Assembly (NCBI GenBank): GCA_001179505.1
Contig: CDMY01000267.1
Coordinates: 1-64,000 of the forward strand
DNA: 64,000 bases
Direction: 5' to 3'
Source of the DNA: Vitrella brassicaformis CCMP3155
Lineage: Eukaryota > Protista > Chromerida
Made by a program: the position numbers and the translations under genes
The notes under the pieces: model-generated
Seen by the model: the letters and a program-made list of their open reading frames with translations, nothing else
Database searches by the model: none
Told to the model about the DNA's origin: nothing
Part shown: piece after piece, positions 12,008 through 23,409 of the stretch
Numbering within the stretch: position 1 is the stretch's first letter
Layout: every line of letters starts with the position of its first letter

Positions 12008-14245
12008 CTGACAGGATAACGACAAAGAGAAGGCTTTGGACGAGTTGATCAAGCAGCAGATCACCGTGGCGGCAGACCAGTCTCCCCACCACAGCCAGCA
12101 GCAGTCCTACCACCCCACACAGGGCACCCAGAGCCACCCCTACCAGAGCTGGTACAGCGTGCAGCAGCAGGGCACCTCACAGCAGCAGACACACCCCTTC
12201 ACACACCCTGGTACCTCCCTCCCTCCACACACACACACACACGCCACCCCTCACACACACATCTCATCTGCCTGTGGGTGTTGTTGGTTTGCAGGTGTGA
12301 CGCAAGCGTCGTCGATCGGCGGCGCACCCACCCAGCCCACGGGCCGCAAGAAGGCCCTGCTGATCGGCATCAACTACACGGGCACGAGAGCTGAGCTGAG
12401 GGGTTGCATCAATGACGTCCGCAACATGCGCCGCGTGCTGACGGGCATATACGGGTTCCCCGACACACCCGAGACTATGGTAGGGACTGTCTGTGGACAC
12501 AATGTGCACACAGGGCAGTGCACACACGAATGTGGGCATGGATGTGTGTGTGTGTGTGTGTGTGTCTGTGTGTGTGCAGGTGGTGCTGACTGACGATTCC
12601 AATGACAGAAGATTCCTGCCCACACGCGCGTAAACCAAGACACACACACAACACACACAACACACACCCAGATGAGATGGCCACACAAGCACACACATAC
12701 ACGGCTGTGGATGGATGGATGGATGGATGCAGCAACATCCTGACGGCGTGTCGCTGGCTGGCCCTCAACGCACAGCCGGGCGACGCTCTGTTCTTCCACT
12801 TCTCTGGTGCACATCCACACGCACACACACACGCTGGGCGCACAGACACCTGTGTGGTGTGCATGGTGTGTGTAGGTCATGGCGCGCAGCAGGTGGACCC
12901 CTCTGGCAGAGAGGAGGACGGAATGGGTACGCGCACCCAACGCCAGCACTCACACAAAGCCAAAGCCAAAGCAGCAGTGGGTGTCAATGTGTGTGTAGAT
13001 GAGACCATCCTCCCAATGGACTACCAGCGGGCCGGGCAGATTGTCGACGGTCAATGGACATCCTCCCAGCCCAACTCACCCAGCTCCCCCTCTCTCTCTT
13101 GATGTCTGTGTGCACTGCAGATGAGCTGCATAATCTGATAGTGCATCCGCTGCCGAGCGGGTGTCGCCTCACGGCCGTCATGGACTGCTGCCACTCGGGA
13201 ACCGGTAAGTACAATGCAATGACTGACATTTTCCCGAGTCAGTCGCCATCCATCCGTTTGTGTGTGTGGTGTGATGTGATTGACAGGTTTGGATCTGCCG
13301 TACACGTGGGAGCCGCGCCGTGGCGGCTGGGTGGAGGACGACAATCCCTCACACACCATGGGCGACGTGCAGCTGTTCTCGGGGTGTGAGGACGCCCAGA
13401 CCAGTGCTGGTAGGGAGGGACATCTCCCTCACACACATCCAGACAGGCGTGGATGCAGTTGCGTGGGTGTGCGCACAGATGCGGGCGGGACTCTGTTTGC
13501 CCCCCATGCTGCTGGTAAGGGCATTCATCCCACAGACAGACAGACAGACAGACACGCCTCATGTGCTTGTGTCTGTGTGGATTGCATGCAGGTGGCGCCA
13601 TGACGAGTGCGTTCATCGCGGCCCTGACACAGAACCCCTTCGGCCACACCTACCCTTCGCTGCTGCAGGTAACACGGCACACACAACACACATGCCGCAC
13701 CCAGATGTGCATATGGATCCATCCATATGCGTCTGTGCAGGCGCTGCACACGAACCTGCGGCACCGGGGCTTCCAGCAACGCCCACAACTCACCAGCACA
13801 CAGGTATCTCTCTCTGTCTGTCTGTCTGCCTGTGAGGGCAGCGCGTCGCGTACACCCACCCTCACCTCACGTGTGCGCAATGGACCGAATGGATGTCGTG
13901 TGTGCTGTGCAATGTCTGTCTGTCTGTCTGTCTGTCTGCAGCGTTTCCAGTTCCAGCGTGCGTTTGACTTCACGTCGTCGGTGCCCAACTCCAACCAGTA
14001 CATCGGCAGGTACACACCACACACAGATACACACACCCAGTGGCCACACACCCACAGCCACACCCATTCTCCCATCGGTCCATCCCATGTGTGTGTGCAG
14101 GGTGACCCGTAAGAGGAAGAAGCCCAAGCGCCCATTGATGGGTATGGGCGGCCAGGGGGGTATGGGCGGCGTCGGCAACATGGCCTTGGGCGCACTGGGC
14201 GGCTTTATGGTGGGAAACATGCTGGGCGACCTGCTCTTCGACTGA
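9696..14245 (+). CDS. MCA: Type I metacaspase with N-terminal C2 domain, P/Q-rich linker, two CUE/UBA-like domains and a Gly-rich C-terminal tail
   Basis: C2: [57 protein letters not shown]-like: [35 protein letters not shown] and [35 protein letters not shown]. Caspase fold: [55 protein letters not shown]. Confidence 0.93.
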
Positions 14246-14676
14246 CTGACTGACCATCGGTGGAGACAGCCACCAACCAACCAACCAAGACACAAGCGCC
14301 TGTGTCGTGTCGACCATATTGTTTGCGTCAAGGGCGAGTGAGTCTGTCTGGGGGATATCGATCGATGTGGGTGTGGTGTGGGCGGAAAGTGGTGAGGGTC
14401 TGTAAAGGTCGATGGTGTCTGTCGATGGTGCTGCCATGGCGTGAGGTCGCTTCTTTGTATGTCAGGGCGTGGCGTGATTGGTGTGCACTGCACGTGGCGT
14501 GGTTGGTGCAGTCACTGCACGAGAGAGAGGGGGACTGACTGACGAATTGAATGTGTGTGTATGATCGATGGCATGATGGCATGATGGCATGTCTCTCTTT
14601 TTGCCCCTTTCCTTTGCTCGTACGTTTTGGAAGCACACAAACCCAACGGTCGGTCGACAACGATCATTCATGAGAC

Positions 14677-15180
14677 GGTGTGGCTGTTATTGTGCAGACT
14701 GACTGACTCAGGAGGGGGGAATTTGATTGATGTGATTGATTCCAATGACTCCTGCCGGGTGTGGGTGCGCACAGCGGACCAGGCGGACTTGCACATGTGC
14801 AGCAAATGAGGGGAAGGCGCACACGGCGTGCACACAAGGGATGGACATGTGGATGTGTTGACGGGTGGACAGCTCGATTGTCAGCGATGGACACTTTGTT
14901 GCTTCTCACCAGTGAATGAATGTGTCCATCCATCCATCCATCGTCTGTCGGTCGGTCGGTCGGTCGGTCGGTCGCTCGCTCAGCCAGCGGCCATCCATCT
15001 CTCTGCTCCACAGAACCTCTCTGACGGCACACACATCTCAACAGTGTCTCCGCTCACGGCCGCACGGCCATCTACGCATGTCTATCTGTCTAGAACTACA
15101 GCCGTCACTCGCTTGTGTCCGCCATGGACAGAAAAAAAAGATACACACCAGTTGCCAACTGCCTCTCAGTCGTCGATCAT
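14677..15180 (+). repeat. Dispersed repeat family, copy A (internally deleted relative to copy C)
   Basis: Shares GTGGCTGTT.TTGTGCAGACTGACTG, GTGATTGATTCCAATG, GCGATGGACACTTTG..GCTTCTCACCAGTGAATGAATG and GTCTCCGCTCACGGCCGCACGGCCATCTAC with 18315-18920 and 25371-26250. Confidence 0.85.
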
Positions 15181-15982
15181 CATATGTATGTGTACTGCCC
15201 CCCCGGCATCAGAAGACGATGATAGCGCACAGACGATGCACGGCCATAAGTGTCAATGAGTGGCACTGTATCGGAGCCCTCGTCGTTCATGTCGCCCCTC
15301 CTCCTGTAGGGCTTCGATGGAGGTGAGGGAGGCATGGCGCGGGTCTGCATGGGCTCCTCCACATACACACACCCAGTTAACCACGGCGGTGGCGTATCAA
15401 CTTGGTCGCTTCGGCGTGACTGCGTGAGCTTCTCAGCAGCGTCCCGTTCCTCGAGGAGTTGCTGCCGTTGTTGTCCTAGGACATTCAAACATACACCCAT
15501 TGCCTTGCGTGTCAGTCAGTGACTTCACTCACTGTTGAATTCCAACCGGTCCTCTAGCTTCCGCAAGAAGATCTCCCATTCTGACGGACACAAAAGACAT
15601 ACATACATACACACACACGAATGAGTCTCCCACACGAGGGAGTGACTGACTGACTGACTGACCTTCCTGGCTGGCAGGCCTGGCGTGCCTCCTAAAGTAG
15701 TTGAAGAAGGCATCGTCATTGCCTTCAGCAAGCCGACGGACCAACGCCTGATAGTAGTCCTGACGGGTGGAACACAGCACGCCCACGCCATGTAGCCAGG
15801 ACGAGTGTTTGTGTGTGTAAGAGCTTCCTCACCGTTGCGGTTCCTTCCAGCTTTCTGTCGAAGAGGTAGTTGTTGTGCCCCAGGAGTTCGAGCCTAGGCA
15901 CACCCCGCTGCCTCACCAGCTCGAACATCTTCTTGTCCATACGCAAAACATCCTCATTGGTCACAACGACGTTGTTTCCCAT
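15180..15982 (-). CDS. Hypothetical protein with MGN N-terminus (possible N-myristoylation); left-arm paralog
   Basis: Spliced frame: MGNNVVVTNEDVLRMDKKMFELVRQRGVPRLELLGHNNYLFDRKLEGTAT|DYYQALVRRLAEGNDDAFFNYFRRHARPASQE|EWEIFLRKLEDRLEFN|RQQRQQLLEERDAAEKL...MPPSPPSKPYRRRGD...QYTYI*. Confidence 0.75.
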
Positions 15983-16268
15983 CTTCGAGAGCCTCAGGGG
16001 CGAGCTCAAGGAAAGGCACGAGTAGCGGCAGTCCGGAAGAAGCTCGATTCATCACAGAGTAGCAACTCGATTTCGCTGTTGGAGAAGGGCGTGCACATCA
16101 TATCCATAGACAAATGCCTTGCTGTAGGCTCCCCCTCGCTGGATTTGCTGCTGCTCTGTGCAGGATCTTTGGGATAGGCTCGTACGCCATCATCTCTTTG
16201 GGGAGCGGTTTCACGGAACGTCTGGTGTGGCCCGAAAGCCTTCCTTTTCGTCGCTTTAGGGATGCACG

Positions 16269-17136
16269 ATGGGAAACGCCGTCATTGTGACCAATGAGGA
16301 TATTGGGCGTGTGGATAAGAAGATGTTCGACCTGGGGAGGCAGCGGGGTGTGCCTGAGCTCGAACTCCTGGGGCACCACCACTACCTCTTCGCTAGAGCG
16401 GTGAAAGGAACCGCAATGGTGAGGAAGCTCTCACACGGAACAAACACTCGTTCTGACGGGCATGGTGTGCGGTCACCGTGCGGCGTTGTGTGTTCCACCC
16501 GTCAGGACTACTATGCGGCGTTGGTCCGTCGGCTTGCTGAAGGCAATGACGATGCCTTCTTCAGCTACTTCAGGAGGCACGCCAGGCCTGCCAGCCAGGA
16601 AGGTCAGTCAGTTAGTCACTCCCTCGGGTCTGACACTCAATTCGTGTGTGTGTGTGTATGTCTTTTGTGTCCGTCAGAATGGGAGATCTTCTTGAGGAAG
16701 CTAGAGGACGAGCGGAATCTCATCAGTGAGTGAAAGCACTGCACTGACTGACGCGCAAGGCAATGGGTGTATGTTTGAATGTCGTAGTTCGACGACAGCA
16801 GCAACACAAGGAGGAACACGCCGCTGCTCAGAAGCTCATGCAGTCACGCCGAAGCGACCAACTTGATGCGCCACCGCCAGGTGAATTGACAAGCGATAGA
16901 CAGACAGACAAGTGCGCCTTGCTGGTTTGCCCGGCGCGAGCTGACCACTTCCCCTGCGTGTCTGTATGGTTTCTTCTCTCTCAGGCCAGCAGGCGCAGTC
17001 TGCCAGGTGTGTGTACATGGAGGAGCCCATGCACAGCCGCGCCATGCCTCCCTCACCTCCATCGAAGCCCTATAGGAGGAAGGGCGACATGGCCGACGAG
17101 GGGTCTGATAGAGTGCCACTCATCGGCACTCGATGA
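16269..17136 (+). CDS. Hypothetical protein with MGN N-terminus; right-arm paralog
   Basis: MGNAVIVTNEDIGRVDKKMFDLGRQRGVPELELLGHHHYLFARAVKGTAM|DYYAALVRRLAEGNDDAFFSYFRRHARPASQE|EWEIFLRKLEDERNLI|IRRQQQHKEEHAAAQKL..PP|GQQAQSARCVYMEEPMHSRAMPPSPPSKPYRRKGD..VPLIGTR*. The first three intron positions match the left paralog. Confidence 0.75.
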
Positions 17137-17345
17137 TCGACGACTGAGGGGCAGTTGGCAGCTAGCTGGTGTGTATCTTTTTTTCTATCCATGGGGACAC
17201 AATCGAGTGACGGCTGTAGTTCTAGACAGATAGACATGCGTAGATGGCGTCGTGGCGTGCGGCCGTGAGCGGAGACAACGTTGGTATGTGAGCCGTGATA
17301 GAGGTGGTGTGGAGCAGAGAGATGGATGGCTGTTGGCTGAGCAAG
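17130..17345 (-). repeat. Dispersed repeat family, copy D (partial, inverted)
   Basis: Reverse complement of ~14975-15180 and similar to ~25915-26150. Confidence 0.8.
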
Positions 17346-17582
17346 TGCAGCAGCTGCCATGCACAAGATGGAAGAGATGCACATGCAGTCAGGCAGTTCT
17401 GTTGCGTATGTGTGTGGGGGGCAGTATGAGGGCTCGAGAGACTCGAGAACGGCGTCAAATACTGTGAGTCACAAACAGAAGACCCACTCACACAAACGCA
17501 CTTATATCCCTGTATGGACTCTTTGTATGCGCTTTTCGGTCAGTGAAAGATACGGCGGCTGTGTCGGTGGAAATGTGACTGT

Positions 17583-18216
17583 ACCAGGAGATCACGACGC
17601 CCACGTTGACGGCTTTGGTGAGGATTTCTGTGCTGTGCCTGCTGTCAAAAGTGCTTGTATTTCTTGTCCCTGCCGATTTTCGGGTTGAGATAATCTTTTT
17701 TCACCAAGGTGGACCTGCTGCGTGAGAATGAACATAAGTGCAAGCAGACAACGTGTCGCCAATGTGCTCCTCACTACTTCCTCACTGTGTCCGCAGGACA
17801 AGCTATTCGAGTGGTGCTACGGCGAGACGGCCCAACACGTGCACCACCGACCACCACTGACGCGTCCAGCAACCCGGCCAACGACACAACAACCACCACT
17901 CCCACACCCACACCCACAACCAATACCACAACGACAGCCGTCCCCATCCCACACCAGCCCCACATGCGACGGGGCGATCCCAACCAGCCCAGTGACCCAC
18001 CCATCGAGGCGTCATACCGCAAATGCATCGAGAAGAAAGTCAGAGCAGAGGTGCCGGGAGAGAACAGGACGAAATGGCTGGACGATGAGCAACAGGGTGG
18101 TGGTTGGGCCCCTTGCACTCGCGGGGGTGGTTGTGTACTTCACAGCCATTCATATCGAGTGGCTCATGGGGAAAAAGAAGGTTTGGACGGCATACTTATC
18201 TCTCTGGGTGTTTTAA
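17583..18216 (+). CDS. Hypothetical single-pass membrane protein with P/H/Q-rich region; 5' end unresolved
   Basis: Exon after the acceptor at ~17797 reads DKLFEWCYGETAQ..(P/H-rich)..VVVGPLALAGVVVYFTAIHIEWLMG. A plausible upstream exon reads YQEITTPTLTAL|VDLLRENEHK. Confidence 0.4.
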
Positions 18217-18314
18217 GCACATCCATAGGGAAGGATAAGGATAAGGAGGTCTAAGAAAACACTCATGAGGCGGTAGACAGCCAGACACACAGACAGAGAC
18301 GAGAGAGAGACAGA

Positions 18315-18920
18315 GAGGGAGGGAGGGAGGGGTGTGGCTGCTCTTGTGCAGACTGACTGACTGATTGGCTGACTGACTCAGGGAGAGAGGGGAACGTGAT
18401 TGATTCCAATGCCTGCCTGCCGTGTGTGTGTGCACTTGACTAGGTACACGACTGTATGGTTCGCTGCAACCAAGCGGGCCATGCCGCCGTGTAGCGCGTC
18501 AAGTGCACACACACACACACACAGGCGTCTGTGCAATGGGCTGACTTGCTTGTGCAGATTGACTCTCTTGGTCAAAGGAGAACACACGGGAGAGAGGTCG
18601 GGCTCCAATGCTGTTGTGTTTGTGTCGCTGGGTGTGTTACTGTTCGGTGTCCGTGTGCGTGCTAGTTGTGTGCCTTTCTTTTGCCGCTCATGCGTACGTT
18701 TGTGTGGTGTTGGCTTTGCGCAGCAGACCGAGCGGACGTGCGCATGTGCAGCGAGAGAGAGATGGGAAGGCGCACACAGAGAGCGCACACACGAGGGGTG
18801 AATGTGTGTGTGTGTGTGTTGACGGGTGAACTGCTCGACTGTCGGCGATGGACACTTTGCTTCTCACCAGTGAATGAATGAACGTATTTTTCCCTCCATC
18901 GAAATCCATCCATCCATCCA
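18315..18920 (+). repeat. Dispersed repeat family, copy B (left part)
   Basis: Colinear with 25375-25890, e.g. GGGAGAGAGGGGAACGTGATTGATTCCAATGCCTG and TGTATGGTTCGCTGCAAC. Confidence 0.85.
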
Positions 18921-19481
18921 TCGCCTGTCTGTCTCTCTGGATATCTATTTATCGGTCACCCAGCTGGTGTGTGATGTGATTTGAACCAACCAATGTAGCA
19001 CACATACATATTAGGCATGTCAGACATCACGTGCATCAACAATACGTACGTCACGCACCCGATATTCATCGTCACTGCGACACGTTCACATGATGGATGG
19101 GCGAGGTAGGTTCCTTCCTTCCCAGCCTTCCAAGAAAGCTCAGCAAAGCGCCTGCCGCTCGCGCGCAACCGACGGCAGAGGGATTGCTCGAGCTGCCCGA
19201 AGGGGTGGGAGGGAGGGGACGGCCACACACCATCACACACACACACACACACACTTGACAAACCAACCGACCCACCAGTGAGTGATATGGGTGCGGTGCC
19301 AGAAAACATCCATGATACATACCATTACATCATTTGTGTGAAAGACGCCCACACACTATCACGTGCAGGCAGGCAGGCAGGCAGGCGAGCTAAGAGAACA
19401 ACTATGTCGGCCGCCACTGTACACGAAACCACACACACCCCGCCACGCTATGCTACCCTCTCAGGCCATCCATCCATCAGT

Positions 19482-21379
19482 CTAGCTCCTGAGTGTGTTG
19501 CCCTGCAGCACACTTGCCCGGATCTCCTCACCCAACGCAGACAACGGACCCTGCACACACACACACACACATGCGTCTCTCTCTGTGTGTGTCTGTGTGT
19601 CTGTGTGTGTGTGTCCATACCTCTTCGTAAGGGTGGAATACGGTGGTGGTGCCGCGGCCGGTGGCCAAATCCTTGAGCATGTCGAAATACTGAGTCACCA
19701 TCACCTGCACATTCACACACACATAGATGGATGGATGGATGGACGGACGTGGTGTGTGGTGTGAAACCCCACCAGGTCGAGGATCTGCTTGTGGTCCACT
19801 CCCGAGTCGCCGCTCTTCTTGATGTCATCGATTTCATGCTGCATTCATCGCACACGCACACACAGGTGTGTGTGTGCAGACAGACAGGCGACGGGAAGTC
19901 CTATGTGTGTTGTGTTTACCTGGAAGTCCTGCACACTGGTTTTTAGGCCCTTGACGATGGCCGCACGCTGGCGGGCCACACCCCTACCCTGCACACATCC
20001 AGCCATCCATCCATGAGACACACACACGGGTGAATAGACGCCTTGTGTGTCTTTGGGTGTGTGTCTGCCCATGTTGAGTGGCGTGCCTGTAGGTATTTGC
20101 TCTCCATGTCGGCCTCTGCACGCTTGACAGTCTCGATGTATGCCGCCTGCACACACACACACTCCCTCCCCCGTCCGCCCCAGAGCAACAGGTAGGTAAC
20201 AAGTGATGTACCGCAGCTTTCTCCTCAGCAGCGATGCGGAGCCGCCTGTTGGCATTGATCTCGTTCATGGCCCCCTTGACACGGTTGTCGGGCGACACGT
20301 CGACCACCAATGCGTGCAGGATCTGGAAACCTGCACACCATGGGCACACACACACACACACCAGAGAGAGAGAGAGAGAGGGAGAGGGCCTGCGTGTGGG
20401 TGAGGGTGAGACGGAGGTGTGTGTGTTTACTTACCGTATTCGTCCATTTGCTTCTGGAGCTCTTCCGAGACCGACTTGGCGATCTCGTCCTTGCTCTCTG
20501 GACAGCCACCAACAGCACAGGCACACACACCAGACAGACATGAAGCACACATGTTTCGGCATCGATGCCTCTCTCTCTGTGATGCGATGCGCACCGAAGA
20601 CCTCATCGAGGAACTGTTTCGGGACGGTCGATCTGACCACGTCGAACACGTAGCTGTTGATCTGCGCAACGGGGTTGTCCAGTTTGTAGTACGCCTCATA
20701 GACTTTGTCTCCTGAGTGAGTGGAGTGGGCGGCAGAGGGAGAGAGGGAGAGAGGGAATCAGATCAGATGAGATCAGACCACACACAACCATACACACACA
20801 CACACACACATCCACGCATCCACCCTGCGCAGTGGCCCTCTGTGTCGGTGCGTGTGCTTCCTTCCTTGCGTACTCATGACGGCGAACTGCACGGCCACGA
20901 CCATCTGCACGAACACATTGTCGCGCGTCTTGGTCTCGACCTAACACAACGCAACGCAACACACGAACCGAAGCGCCACATCAACCAAACCACCGCACCA
21001 CCCCTCCCCTGCCCTCCCGCTGCGCTGCCCCGGTTCTCTCCCTCAGTCACTCACCGCCACGTCGAGCTGCTGCACGCGCATATTGACTTTGCCCGCCACG
21101 GCGCACACCAACGGCACGCCCACACAGTTGCAGCCGGGAACTGCCTCCTGCACGCACAGCACACAGTGGACGGACACAGCACACGCATCCATCCAGTCTT
21201 ATGCATCTGTCTGTGTATCGCGCGCTGCGCAGATGGGCACATCGCATCCGTGCAGCTGCCTGTCCGTGCACGGGGCAGTGCGACGTCCGTCTGTGTACCC
21301 AGCTACCTACCTTGTGGAACTTGCCGCAGCTCTCGACGAGGTAGATGCTGTCCTGCGGCACACACGCCACGCAACCCAT
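19482..21379 (-). CDS. SPFH/Band-7 protein, hypersensitive-induced-response (HIR)-like, MGC N-terminus
   Basis: MGCVACVPQDSIYLVESCGKFHK, RVQQLDVAVETKTRDNVFV, AYYKLDNPVAQINSYVFDVVRSTVPK, LVVDVSPDNRVKGAMNEINANRRLR, GRGVARQRAAIVKGL, VMVTQYFDMLK. Confidence 0.9.
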
Positions 21380-21608
21380 TGTCTTGTCTTGTGCACGCAC
21401 GACCGGCTGTCAGATCTATCTATCCACACAAACAAACTAGCGCCCCGTCGGGTACCCGACGCCGTTCTCCCTCAAACCACTGCGAGCTGTTTGCGAAAAG
21501 ATCGGCAGCGGTGGGAAGGAGGGAAAACGGGCACAATTTAACCATCAACAATGCTAACCTGAGGCCCTTCACAGATCCCCATCAGCCCATACATTAGAAG
21601 GATAGCTT

Positions 21609-23373
21609 ATGTCCGAGGGTCCCGGCCGGCGGGAGCGGGGAGAGCGGCGCCGTGGCCCTTCCAAAGACGGGGAGCGGGACAAGGACAGCAATGCTGCCAA
21701 TGCATCCGCTTCCGCCTCAGCACCCTCCGCATCAGCAGCAGCAACATTGGCAGCCATGACAGCAGCTGGTCGCTCTATGGTTGGTACCTCGGGGCAGGAG
21801 ATAGAGCAGTAAGTAACACCACCAAGCAACAAAACACACACAAATCACACACACACACAGAGGTGGATGGATGGATGGATGGATGTGTGTGTTGGCCATC
21901 CGTCAATCAATCGCCAGGGCCCGGGTGTGTGTGGAGCGTGCGCGTGTGTGCTACGAGCAGCGGAGCAGCAAGGAGTGCCGGGCCTACTGCAACGAGGGCA
22001 TCCGGCTACTCACCATCGCAAACACCGCAACCACCGCCACCAGCAGTGCATCGGCATCTGCATCTGCATCGTCATCACCTCCATCCCTAGGCGACTCTGA
22101 AGCTATCGGACTCAAGTACACATACACACAGGGAGAGAGAGGGAGAGAGGGAGGGAGAGAGGGAGAGCTCATCCATCCATCAATTTATCGTCCTTCTGTG
22201 GTTGTAGGTTGGACCTGCACGCGCTGCACGCCGTGTGCTGTTCGTTCCTGCAGCCGCCCGATTGGCTGGCGGCCTGTCAGGAGGCCGACAACGCAATCGA
22301 ACTCCACAACAAGATCGAGGTGCCTCCGTGTGTCTGCATACACACACGCAGAGTGTCCTCCACCGTGTTTGTGTGTTGTGTGTGATGGCTGGTTGGTATG
22401 CATGGCCATCCATGCAGACTGACGGTTTGGCGTATCCCTACTTCGAGGGGGTGTGCCAGGCGCTCAAGGCCAGGGCGCGAGCCAAGGAGGCACTGGTACG
22501 CTCTCTGTCTGATGATGGATGTGTGTGTGCGCATCCATCCATCCATCCATCCATGTGTGTGTGCAGGGTTTGTTAGAGCAGTGTCGGGGTGACTGCCTCG
22601 AGTACCTCCGCGTTCACAAGGGATGGACCAGATGGCTCATGGCCAAGGTACGCATCTCTCTGTGTGCGGTGTGTGTGTGTGGTGTGTGTGAGTGAATGCT
22701 CACGTGCCGACGACACACACATCAGGGTGAGGGCGCCCCCTACTTGGGTCGTGACCTGGAGTCCGCTGCCGAGGAGAAGGGCGAGGTCGAGGTGCTCCTC
22801 AACCGCATCGACAGCAAAGGGGGAGTGGGAGGGGCAGGGGGGCAGAACAACACCAACAACACAAACACCAACAACACCAGCCACAACAATGGAGACGACG
22901 TAGGCACCGCACACAAAGAGGGAGAGGGAGGGGGAGAGAGAGATGGATGTGACTCAACACATGTGTACGTGCTGTGCTGTGGTCGATCTCATGCAGGGCA
23001 TCGGGATCTTCAGGTACACCGCTTGCCTCGGCCCTCACCCCCTCGACCACCTCCACTCGCAGCAGCCGACAGGCACCGACAACACCAACGCCCACAACCC
23101 ACCCCTAGCACTACCAGCAGCATCAGCAGCAGCACCAGGACCAGCAGCATCGTCAGCAGCAGCGGCCCCGCCGGCAGGTCCACAGAGTTTGTTCCCCCCC
23201 TCCCAGGACCAGGACCCCCCCTCCCACAACCCCTCACTCTCACCAGCACCGCCGCCGCCCTCACGAGACCCACACACTAACACCAATACCAACACAAACA
23301 CCAACAGCAATACCAACACGGCTGAGGTGAGCGAGACGACCGATGCACCCACTTATCCAGCCGTTGACGGATT

Positions 23374-23409
<36 letters not shown>

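Larger units (their letters stand above)
14965..17345. repeat. Large imperfect palindrome: arms ~14965-15985 and ~16265-17345, ~290 bp unique spacer
   Basis: The arms are reverse-complement homologous across the coding exons, introns and 3' flank of two paralogs. Confidence 0.9.

Noticed and set aside
15180-17233. MGVCLNV.. ORFs (15500 minus, 16763 plus) as separate myristoylated/palmitoylated proteins
   Set aside because: The MGVCLNV stretch is the 3' end of an intron. A conserved TAG acceptor in both arms joins the downstream sequence in frame to the MGN genes.
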